Of a DNA stretch of 64,000 nt, positions 50,501-61,802 are shown piece after piece. The DNA comes from Phoronis australis. Its lineage: Eukaryota > Animalia > Phoronida. Below the pieces are notes generated by a model that was given only the letters and a program-made list of their open reading frames with translations, searched no databases and was not told where the DNA came from. Every line of letters begins with the position of its first letter. Within the stretch, counting starts at the first letter, position 1. The DNA lies in NCBI GenBank assembly GCA_002633005.1, contig NMRA01000291.1, positions 104,026 through 168,025 of the forward strand, given 5' to 3'. The translations under genes and the position numbers were made by a program.

Positions 50501-53500
50501 AGATACTATTAACGTTGGATCTTTTGAGAGGAAAAACAATTATTGCTTGTTTGGGTAAGAATGAGCAAAATCTAGTAATGAATTTTAAGTGATTGGCAAT
50601 AGAAGTTTTCGTTTCATTTATATTTCTTAGCTGATGATGGTGTGCCGTGGGTCTGAGTGATGTTGTGCCATGGGTTTTCGCATTACGTGTACTACATTTT
50701 TAGACCACACAGAAAGCTTAAAACTTTTTGATGCAAGATTTAATTGCATAAACGTTATGAACTTGATACGTGATTTCATTATCAGTGTAATCTCGTTATC
50801 TCTGCTGAATAGGACAATAGAGGGTTTGTGAAAGTGAGGCATTATTTTTTTCTCTGCTACAGTTATTGAACACTTCTCTCAAGACGACACAAATGAAGCT
50901 GGAAACGACACAGACTTCGCTGAAAGAGGTCACCACACAGCGAGACCAGCTTCTGCGACTCAGAGATGACCTGCAGGCAGAGATTGAAGAGCTGAAGGGT
51001 CGCAAGGTGGCGAGTCAAGAGGATGTGGAAGAACAGCTGGAGAGAATACACATGTTGGAGACGGTCACGCAGCAACTAGAGACAGACAACAGGGACCTGG
51101 CAGAGAAGGTTTGTGTGAATGGGCGTGTTTATTCTAGTTGATTGAAATACATGTTGGAGACAGTCATACAGCAACTAGAGACAGACAACAGGGACCTGGC
51201 AGAGAAGGTTTGTGTGAATGGGCGTGTTTATTCTAGTTGATTGAAATACATGTTGGAGACGGTCACACAGCATCTAGAGACAGACAAGAGGGACCTAACA
51301 GAAAAGGAGGGTGGGAATAGGTGCGTTTATGCTAGTTGGTTGGTGGACATGGTCACACAGCAACTAGAGACAGACAACAGGGATCAGACGTGGAATAGAA
51401 GGTGGGTGGGAATGGGCGTGTTTATAAAATTGTTGATTGATATTCAGAGACGGTCACACAGCAACTGGAGACGGACAACAAGGACCTGGCAGAGTAAGTG
51501 GGTGGGAATGGGCGTGTTTATTCTGGTTGATTAATATACATATTGTGGTGGATCTTCGACTTCATTTTTTTCAGCTGTCTGAAGCGTTGATACAAAATGA
51601 AGAGATGGAAGAGCTGATGAGAAAGGAAAAAGAGAAGACCAAAGGTAGTTATCCAGTTTACGGATTACATTCATGTTACTAGGAGTCACAATTATTTGTA
51701 TTCTCTGGTAATTTGGGTTTCGTTCATACTGTCAAAAGTTACTTCAACATTCCCAGGAAACTTCAGAAGTTCTGACTTTTCAAAAAATATTTTGGGCTAA
51801 AAGGAAATGATGATAGGAAATTACAGACATGTTTTTATTAAAAGCTAATAAAGTAATGAAATGGAATTTGCCAGTTTCATGTGTGTTATTTGATGTTACA
51901 ATGATCTTTTTGAAAAATTACTATTAGTTTTAAAAAAACACACTCATTCAACTTCACACCTTCAGGTATCGTTCCCATGAACCTTTTTACGGATAGTGAA
52001 ATTCTATGGGTGTGCGCATACCTGAGCATAGATTTTTTGGATGTGAATCCTCTGCTAAATATTTACTTTTTTCTATTTGATAAGTTGAACTTCTGACTGT
52101 TTTGAAGTACTGGTATTGAAGTTATATTGGAGATGTTTTTCAATTTCTGTTGGCAGCATATATCATGTCTTGTGCTGTCTATAAAGTAATTGATGCAGAT
52201 GTCTAGGTTTGTAAAAGATTTTAAGAATTCATGTTTTTGTAAATCAGTATACTGAAGGTATAATTGACGAAACGTGACTATTGTTACCTTGATGTTGAAG
52301 GTTTGACATTACCGTAATTAAGTTTTCCTTGCTCCACCATAGACTACATTGCGTGGACCGCCAACTCCGTATATTTTCAATGGACGAAATCTGTGGTCTT
52401 ATGCATATGCCTTGGATTGCCAGGTCTGCCTTGGATCGCTGGTGCGACTTAGTATCATGCATTGTTTTGCAGCTACAAGCTTTATTTGGATGAGCTTGTT
52501 TACACAACAGACCATCTTATTGCATTCTGTCATTTGTACATTACAGCAGGACAGTCCTGACTTGTTCACAACGTTAGGTACTGTTTGATTGATGTTAATA
52601 TATGTTTGTGTTACATAAACCTTCTTGCAGACTCCTTGAAGGGAAACGCGGACAAACTGCACGAGACCCAACAACATGTACTCAACCTTCAGTCTCAAGT
52701 CAGGGACCTTGAGGACAAATGTCTGCAGAAGGATACTCAGATTAAACGAATTGAAACGGACTTCGGAGGAGAGCAGGTTCGTACTTGACATTGTTAAACA
52801 TTGGATTTTTAAGGAAACGGTGATTTGCACCAGGCTAAAGGATCCAGCAGTTGAGACTAAAATTATCATTTTGTCTAGATTTGAGATGAACTTATCATTT
52901 CCAGTGCTGGCTGTAGTGCCAGCACAATGTTAAGTCATTTCAAGTGGCATGTGAGATGATTTTTTGTGTACAAAGATGCAATCTTGGACCTTGTGTATTT
53001 AAAAGCTCCCAGTCACAGTTTAATTTTGTTTTGTACTGTATGCACTTTGCCAAACTCAAACTTAGTTAGTTGATCTTCACAGTGTCTTGAAAAAGCGTCG
53101 TTCTAGCTGGTTTTGTTGTAGATAAAAGTCCTATATTAGGGTTTGCACCAACTCACATAGTATCTTAGGGGGCACAGTTGTACTGATCGGCTGTATTTTG
53201 TAGTCATTTTCACTATCTGCTACATAGCAATTTTGGCACTGTTTGGAATATTTATGTGGTGTTAACTCATGCCAAGAAATAATCTATATTGTTAAATAGA
53301 TTTCATTTTTAATGTGTAGGTATTGAGGCTGCATTAGATGTAATTTACACAAAAGGAAAAGACAGTGCAGTTTGTTTTTTTACAACCTTGTCGTTGAGTA
53401 CTTTAAGTTCAAATTATCAAAGCTTTCCATGGTGTAATTTATTAGATTTTGTGGGTTATGGTTTCTGTTTCAGAAAACAACAAGTGTTTTTTATGTGTGG

Positions 53501-56500
53501 TTCAGGGAATGTTTGTTAACACCATGTAATTTCATCACCCCTGCACATCCTATCATGTGACTCCTTACATCACCCGGTCACATGACTCACGACCATGCCA
53601 TGTGTTGTCTGCACACTTATTGTTTCACTGACAGGCCACAAGGGAACGCACTATCACAAAACTCAATGAGTTTGTGTCTCAACTCAATGAGGATCTTAGT
53701 TATACCAAGCTGTCGCACAAAAACGAGGTCGACTCTCTTGGAGAGAAGTTAGAAAATGCGTACAGAGAGGTTCAGCAATTGAGATCAGCATTAAGAGAGA
53801 AGGATGAGGTAGAGTATTGAAACTGTTGACCATGACTGGGATGTATTCAGGCTAGGACTGTGTTCAGTAAGGCTATTCTTTAAACACTTGCAGCAAGAAG
53901 TCTCCACTTTGGGACAAAGTAATAAAATTTTCATCTTTTTTAAAGGCTTGCCATATTCCTACAAATGCCAGGAAATCACCAAGTTATGTTAGACAACAGC
54001 TACATACCATAAAAACAAAACTTAATTTTCTGAAGTTATTTTTGTTGAGAAATTTGTCAAGATGAAATTCCAATTGCCAATCATACTGAAGAATTATTAT
54101 AGAGAATACAGCAGCATAATGACTATTCTTGGTGTTAATATATCATTTTCTCCGATAAGTCAACATTCTGGCCCAGTCATCTAATTGTTTTTAGTGGCGA
54201 CCATTTTGTTAGTGAGCCTTGGGAAGTAGGAGCATGTTCTTTTGTCATCACGCCCGCCCTGCAGGATGTTAACCTTACTAAATGCACCCCAGCTTAACAA
54301 AAGTGGTGAAAATTTACATTCATTGAATTTCTTGTCATTTGACTTCCATGCAGTTGGTGACAGATTTAGGATGGTGAATGCGTAGAGCACTGTGTGTAGA
54401 GTTCGGAGGGTCAACGAACATTGCTTCATAGAACTATTGTGAGCACTGACCTCACACAATACTGCAATACTGTAGTGACCCTTGAGAAGACCAACAGACA
54501 GGCAGTTTCCATCTCACCACCTTTGCACACTATTGACAACAGTTTTGCTATGTGTGCTGTAGTTACTGGATTCCACTTTCCTCTTGGTGATGATTTCCAC
54601 CCATTCAGACCCTGTATGTTTTAAAACAGTTGCTGCTATACACTGTATTTGTTGAATATTTGATTCATTGAATAGAGCAGTTTGCCTTCATAGCAGCTCA
54701 ATATGTTAGAAGGTATGCACTCTTAAATATTCAGTCCACAGGAAACTGGAATGTGAGCATGTGAAGGTAACTTTCATTTGTCATGTCATAAAGAGAGGTG
54801 CGTCAGTATGACTGCATCTGAGCTTGCTTTTATGCTTCATTTGTGAATGGACACAACTGACAACATTTCTCAAATTTTGGACACCGACGTTTTTATAACA
54901 AAACCAGTAATGTTGTGTTTCCTTAGGAAATCTTCCAGGCCCAGCGTGATGCAAGCAAAGTGCAGAGTAGTACAGGGCAGTTAGAGGTTCAACTGGCCAG
55001 TGAGGAGAGATTGCGTCATGATCTGGAAGAGAGAAACAAAGTACTTGAGGCTGAGATGACCAAGGTCAGTGGTCATGCAATGGTCAAGTTGTACTTGTTA
55101 CAGTACATGCCAAAAGCGTTGAACCAAATGACCTGTAATTTCACATCATGTTGGCTGGGCTGAAGGTGAATTCATAGTGAGAGAAGCCTTCCCTTATGGC
55201 CAATAATGAAGGGGAATTGACAAGAAATCTGTAAAGTATCTAAGCTATTTGTGAATAGAATTCTGCTGCCATAATATTCGTTACCAGTCATTTTTGCTGT
55301 TAGCAGAATTAGGTGTCATGAAGGGGGAAGTAGTATTTTGTCTCATTACTTTTGTGGTGCACTGTAGCCATGACTCCCAGAGTAGAAAAAGCTTTGTGAA
55401 AATGCGTAGCCTCAAGTGCTGATTTACTGGGATTTTATGATGAAATTTTCCTGGAAAATTTCTTTAAATAATTCACTTGAATGTTACTATTGTAGGAAGC
55501 TATTGCAGACTTGGCAGACTAATGTATCGCATGCATTTTCGTAACTAATTAAATTGCTAAATAAAAACGAGTTCCTAAGACCACCACCCTTTTTTTGAGG
55601 TTTAGCTAAAACTGGCTATTCATAATGTGGGTTTTCTCAACATATGCTACGAGGACAAAGTTCAATTGTCTTGGATCCAGTTGTGTTATATGTTTTGATG
55701 TAAAACTTTTAGGTTTTTTTGCTATTAACTGTTCACACTGCTTTGAAATTTGATAAGCGATTTGCATGTTGACAGGCCTGGAACCAGATGAGAGACCTCA
55801 TGGAGAAGATCTCTACTCTTGAGACTGACAAACAGAGACTGGAAGAAGAACACTTGGTAGTAAGTTGGCAGTTTAAGTGGAATGCTAGTTGGAATGGAGG
55901 TGATATCACCATGTAACTGGGTGTTGGTAGTAAGTTCGCAATTGTAAGTGGAATGTTAGTTGAAATGGGGTGATATCACCATGTAACTGGGTGTTGGTAG
56001 TAAGTTTGCTGTTGTAAGTGGAATGTTAGTTGAAATGGGGTGATATCACCATGTAACTGGGTGTTGGTAGTAAGTTTGCTGTTGTAAGTGGAATGTTAGT
56101 TGAAATGGGGTGATATCACCATGTAACTGGGTGTTGGTAGTAAGTTTCGTAATTGTAAGTGGAATGTTAGTTGAAATGGAGTGATATCACCATGTAACTG
56201 GGTGTTGGTAGTAAGTTTGCTGTTGTAAGTGGAATGTTAGTTGAAATGGGGTGATATCGTTAAATGGGTGCTACTCACCTCTTTCGTACGCAATTTGTAA
56301 GTAAACAGTAAAAATGTAAACAATAAAAAACTCGTTTTCAGTGTTCACATTGTATGTACTGTGCAAGTGACATAAAACGACTCAAATTTCTTAGTAGAAT
56401 GACGTTTCAAGAAATTTTACTTTAGTCTGCTTCCAATGGTTTAGCTATCAACAAAGTTAACAATGTTTGGTAATATTTTGAGCACTTGCAGTGATGTAAT

Positions 56501-59500
56501 AAGCCTCGAAACTTCAAAAAATGTCAGTTTTAGCCATAATTTTTTACCCACCTTGAAAATGTCTTAATATAGCCTTGAAATAGGAAAATGACAACTTTGG
56601 CATGTGTAATTTTTGATATCTGAAGCATTGCCAAACTTTGTGTGCTCCCTGTTTTTCAATACTTGTCATTCCCAGTTTTCTGTTCTCCAGCATTCTCCAA
56701 CTTCTCGTCAACCCTCATCATCGTCCTTGTTGTCATCTCTGGACAGAAATAATCCCAATGTTCAGTTAGCCATGTCACGAGCAGAAGAGGCCGAGAGAAA
56801 GGTAATTCGGGGATTTTTGGGGACACAAAATTTGGAAAGGAGTGCAGCTTGTTTGTTTTACCTCATGAAATATTAAAGCATCGTCAACCCTCATCATCGT
56901 CCTTGTTGTCATCTCTGGACAGAAATAATCCCAATGTTCAGTTAGCCATGTCACAAGCAGAAGAGGCCGAGAGAAAGGTAATTCGGGGATTTTTGGGGAC
57001 ACAAAATTTGGAAAGGAGTGCAGCTTGTTTGTTTTACCTCATGAAATATTAAAGCATCAAAAACATTAAAATTCAACTGCTAACAGCATGTTGTATGTAC
57101 TGCTTTGATTGTTGTGTACTGTTTTAGAATAGTTAAAATAAAATGTATAAGGTTCACAAGGGCCTCTCAGATGGATTCTGGGTTTTTTGTACTGTTTTTA
57201 GAATAGTTAAAATGAAATGTATAAGGTTCACAGGGGCCTCTCAGATGGATTCTGGGTTTTTGTGTACTGTTTTTTTTTTCGTAAAAGAGAGACTGGATTT
57301 TATCTGTTGTGTACTGCGGTGTAGAAGTTGAATAAAAAAGTTCAATTTCTTCATATTTTGAATGTTGTATTTCTTGCTCAGCTGTGGTGAACTGAACAGA
57401 ATCAGAGAGTGTAATTAAAGCGTCGTTTCTTTTAATACACCACTAGTTTCTCAGTTACTGAAGTTAAGCTGCATTTCTCCCTGTTTAGCTGGCTAAAATG
57501 AAAATTGAATCAGGCGTTGTACTCTCGTGAAATTGAATCGAGTCTTGTACTCTCATAAAAGTGAGTCGGGTCTTGTACTCTCATAAAATGGGTTTTGTAT
57601 TATTCTTCACCGTGAAAGGATTCCATTTCCATTTTCAACATAAGTCACTGTCTGGTAATGTGTACGAGCGCCATTTTCGAATTCAGATTTTTAGAGTTGA
57701 CCAACACGAATGAAGTTTGAAACGTTACCTGGTCAGAGTCGCTGTTGGTTTTGATATTCTTGTTGGTAACAAAAATAGAAATTCTGTCACAGTAAGGAAT
57801 ATTATTGAGATTGGTTTTACAAGAGTAAAAGACCTAATTCAATTTTCATTTTTAGTCAGGTTAACAGGACGAAGTGCCGCTTTATCAAAATCATGACATT
57901 CAGTCACCAGTTTGCACATTAAAAATACAGGGATGAATATTCTAGTGGTTGTTATTCCTGCTGATGCAAAAGACTGTTGTCTGAAATATTTGGCTTTGAA
58001 TGTTATATTCCACCTGTTCATGATTTTTGATTTTTGTTCATACTTTTATATCTAGTGTTGCTGTTGATGTGTTTGTGGCTGCAAACAAGCTTACTGCAGT
58101 CTAAATGTGATGTTTATTAAATTTCTATTAGCGGCTGTCATATGAGGTAATGTATATAACGAAGCATGCTATCAGTTGGTGTATTTATTAAGTCTTGTTG
58201 GAAGAACTTTGTTTAGTTATTATTTGCATGACATAAAGTGCATGCTTCAAGAGGTTGAAGGCCAAAATTTTAGGGTTGAGCTTGTGTTGTGTGGTATATG
58301 ATTTTTTCTATCATTTATGATTAATCTTACATTGTTTGCATGTCATGTTTGATTTAACACCAGTTTGATATGCTAATCAAAGTATTGGCGTTGTCAAAAA
58401 ATTAGCAATTTAGTGACCAACAAACTAACTTTAAATGATGTGGAATATTAATATTATTGCTCCAATGATTGGCGCAAAATGATTTTTTATGAACACACTA
58501 TTGAACCATTTTATTTCATACAGCGTGTGGCGTTTCTGACACTCCGGGTGATGTAAAAAGTTAGAGTAACTGTTAAGTACTAAAAAAATACAAAATAGTA
58601 AAACTCATAGCTTTATTTTTAAGAAAGCCTGTAATCCTGATCGTGAGTAAAATGACACTGGGTTCCTACTCAAATGTCTCTGATATTGGCAGATGTGCCC
58701 AACTTCCACAGTTAGACGCAGCTCTACATTGAGGTGCTTGTGCTCAATTGTGGGGTTATATGGTATGAAGTTTTAGTCTGATCATTTGTTCTCCAGTTTG
58801 AAGGTTCTCACTTGTATCAGTAAATTCATTCACGAAGTTGTACAATTCTAAACATGGTCGAGCAAAGTGGCCTTCCTGGGTGTCATTTATACAGGGTTCC
58901 CGGCTCCCATTGACTTTGAATTTGTATCCCTTTCAGGCGGCATCAATCTAGACTTATTTAGACGATTGGCAGCTTTGAATTCCTTTTGTGTCCCTTTCAG
59001 GCGGCATCGATCCAGACTGATTTAGATGATGCTAAGGCAAAACTGCAGCTAGCGGAAACTGAGCTGAAGGAAGCGAGCTCTGTCCGAGTGGAGCTCCAGG
59101 CTTGCAAGGATGAGATTATACGACTCAATAATCAGCTGAAGGAAGAAGAAATGCAGAGGTGAGCACGGGCTTTAAAACTCGTTTTGGACACCGGGATATG
59201 TGTAGCAATGTTACTGTGCATCTTGGACACCAGGATGTGTTGCAATGTTACTGTGCATCTTGGACACCAGGATGTGTTGCAAAGTTACTGTGCATCTTGG
59301 ACACCAGGATGTGTTGCAAAGTTACTGTGCATCTTGGACACCAGGATGTGTTGCAAAGTTACTGTGCATCTTGGACACCAGGATGTGTTGCAAAGTTACT
59401 GTGCATCTTGGACACCAGGATGTGTTGCAAANNNNNNNNNNNNNNNNNNNNNNNNNNNNNNNNNNNNNNNNNNNNNNNNNNNNNNNNNNNNNNNNNNNNN

Positions 59501-60577
59501 NNNNNNNNNNNNNNNNNNNNNNNNNNNNNNNNNNNNNNNNNNNNNNNNNNNNNNNNNNNNNNNNNNNNNNNNNNNNNNNNNNNNNNNNNNNNNNNNNNNN
59601 NNNNNNNNNNNNNNNNNNNNNNNNNNNNNNNNNNNNNNNNNNNNNNNNNNNNNNNNNNNNNNNNNNNNNNNNNNNNNNNNNNNNNNNNNNNNNNNNNNNN
59701 NNNNNNNNNNNNNNNNNNNNNNNNNNNNNNNNNNNNNNNNNNNNNNNNNNNNNNNNNNNNNNNNNNNNNNNNNNNNNNNNNNNNNNNNNNNNNNNNNNNN
59801 NNNNNNNNNNNNNNNNNNNNNNNNNNNNNNNNNNTAATTGGTTATCAGACTGTGCTCGAATACATTATAGTTTATGCATAGGAGTTTCTAGTTCAAGTTT
59901 GCCCTTGAAGACCCTTATATTCGTGCAACAAACTCGAGTAAAAACTCGAAATTTCGAGTTCAAACTCGAACTTATTGCTTTAATATTGGGTTTACAAACT
60001 GTGAACTAAGGGCAATAAATTATCTATGTAAGTTATTGAGTACTCGAGCATAGAATAATAGACACTTATCTTGAGTTCGCCCAAAAGTAGAGTAGAAAAT
60101 GCCAAACCTAATTTCGAGTTCCATTTCGAGTAAAAAGATTGGAGACCGGGCCCAGGATGTGTATGGGCTCTGTTTCTTGAAAAGATCTGCAGTCTTAAGT
60201 CATGTTTTTGATGGTTTGTTATTGACAGCGTTGCTCAACTATAATTTTCATGTCATAATGAAGTGTTTCTGTTGTTGTTAAGCTGGTAACTTTCATAAAA
60301 CAAAATTATAGGTAGGGTAGATGACTCAGTAAATTCAGCTATGCTTTCCCAGGCACCATCTCACAACACTCAACATTTCTCCTCACTTGAAGCTGTTTCC
60401 TATTGTTTCAGGGCAATGGAGGGTGACCGTGTTGGAGAGCTGAAGCGACAATTGTTGAATCTCCAGGAAAAGGAGACAAAATCGTCAACCCAGAACCACG
60501 AACTGCAGCACACAGTGCTGGATCTAGAGTCTACCATCGGCACAATAAAGGAAGAGACGGAACTGGTCTCTGATCTG
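35839..60577 (+). CDS. Long coiled-coil protein, CCDC30-like; at least 20 exons, 3'-partial
   Basis: Exons: 35839-35865, 38789-38899, 41562-41754, 42132-42341, 43081-43226, 44106-44297, 45013-45144, 45440-45511, 46818-47567, 48701-48793, 50345-50461, 50863-51108, 51575-51644, 52631-52776, 53635-53808, 54927-55064, 55776-55859, 56691-56801, 59001-59158, 60412-60577. All GT-AG, phase-consistent and E/K/L/Q-rich with heptads. The motifs EMQEVENYVEHIRSLSDEREALTLEFEQENEQL and SEQVAYLLVERA recall CCDC30 (identity from memory, about 0.6). Exon 1 is less certain. Confidence 0.88.
42316..42579 (+). repeat. Tandem repeat (40-60 bp unit, 5 copies) spanning the exon 4 donor site
   Basis: ATGATCGTCAAGGCTGAGAGAG|GTTTGTTGGCTGTAGTTAT reiterated. 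Confidence 0.9.
44389..44516. repeat. (TAT)n microsatellite
   Basis: Imperfect then near-pure TAT runs. Confidence 0.92.
49450..49731. repeat. Intronic minisatellite, about 70-bp unit, 4 copies
   Basis: CAATACACACTATTTTAGTGCCTGTCAAATTCTGTTGAG...ACACTGAGATTTCAGTGTAAAA repeated. Confidence 0.9.
51045..51541 (+). repeat. Tandem repeat (99-bp unit, 5 copies) spanning the exon 12 donor site
   Basis: CATGTTGGAGAC at 51051, 51150 and 51249, plus two diverged copies. Each unit is about 60 nt of exon end, the donor, and about 40 nt of intron. Confidence 0.92.
55854..56258 (+). repeat. Tandem repeat (70-bp unit, about 5.8 copies) beginning at the exon 17 donor site
   Basis: TTGGTAGTAAGTT at 55854, 55924, 55994, 56064, 56134 and 56205. 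Confidence 0.93.
56705..57057 (+). repeat. 176-bp tandem duplication of most of exon 18 plus its donor site
   Basis: TCGTCAACCCTCATCATCG at 56705 and 56881. One substitution seen between the copies (CGA/CAA). Confidence 0.93.
57113..57275. repeat. Intronic tandem duplication of about 75 bp
   Basis: TGTACTGTTTTAGAATAGTTAAAAT..GGCCTCTCAGATGGATTCTGGGTTTT occurs twice. Confidence 0.85.
59185..59431. repeat. 37-bp minisatellite running into the assembly gap
   Basis: TTGGACACCAGGATGTGTTGCAAAGTTACTGTGCATC, more than 6 copies with no spacers. Confidence 0.95.
59432..59834. other. Assembly gap (403 N)
   Basis: Run of N bases. Confidence 1.
59835..60152. mobile_element. Harbinger-like MITE, second copy (left arm hidden in the gap)
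   Basis: Aligns almost base for base with 5010-5326 and ends TTGGAGACCGGGCC followed by CAG. Confidence 0.88.
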
Positions 60578-61802
60578 GTACTTGTCATTTTAACTCAACA
60601 TGAAGATAACTCTACTGCATGTATTTTGCACACGTCTTTTGGTAATCTCAGAGCCGTATCACAGCATGCTTAACCTAGTTCTCAGTACAACCTGGAAAAC
60701 TTGGACAAAAGCGAGTGGAAGCCAACTTTAGAAACATGAACCATATGAGTAGGAATGCCATGGATGGTGTGGCAATCCATGCATGTCTTTTGACCAGAGT
60801 TGCCCGTTACTGTCTGCCCCGAGCCTATTTGTGGTACACGGGCTGGGACTGTCCAAGAAGTAGAACAGTGTTGCAGGGTCCTAACTTTTGATGGTGTTAA
60901 ATGAGTGACATGCAAAATGAAGTGTTATTATTTTTTATAGATAACGGTATTCAATCTTTTACTTGAAGTGTAGACGTGAACAAAGCTTTTATGTGAATTA
61001 AATGTGTGATAAGTTGACTAAAAACACGTTCAGGCATTCATGGTTTGGGTCTCACGATATTAACACTGACAGTAACCTACTAGTCATTTTGCTTTCATAA
61101 AGAATTTTAAATTATCCACTGAAGAACAATTATTCCTCTGTTTGACTTCAACAGGTCCAGTTATATTTTTGTTGTTGTAATCCTGTATACTGCAGTGTTT
61201 CATTGAAATAAACTTGGGCTAAATTCCAGCAAAGATCCACGGAGCAGTCAAAGTTGGTCCTGTCTCAGCAACTTTCTAGCCTGCAACAAGAGAGGGAGAC
61301 ACTGCAGCTTGAACTCTTGGCTGCTACTGAGAAGTACAATCTTCAGGTGAAGAGATACGACAGCCGAAAGATGAGACATAAAGCCAAGCTTCAAAAGGCT
61401 AGGTAGGGCACTTGTTACTGAATGGTTGAAGTACACGGTATACCCAGCAACAGAAGAAATATATACAGTTTCAGTAGTTTGGTTTTGTGTAAATAAACTG
61501 TATCCCACTTGTATGCAGTGGAAATTCTGACATGCCATGATTCCTATATATCAGACTCGCAGTAGTATGTTTTATTAACACATTAGTACTGAATGTGATT
61601 ATATCAAGATTTTTGTTATTCAAAAGTTTTTGCTAAAGTGTGAAACAATACACCGTAATAAGTGTCTAAAAGATTGTGCGTATTTTAAGTTGTTATTGCT
61701 TTAGTGTTTATTAAAATATGATGGCTTGTTTGTTTCCTTTTGTCATTTTAAATTTTCCCCCATAAAAGAATCATCGATAGAGTTAAAATTGTTATTTTGT
61801 CA

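Noticed and set aside
59185-59431. 37-bp repeats as a CRISPR array
   Set aside because: The units are contiguous with no unique spacers, they lie in a eukaryotic intron, and there are no cas genes.
59159-60009. Long ORFs of 217-254 aa
   Set aside because: Artefacts of the minisatellite and the N gap.
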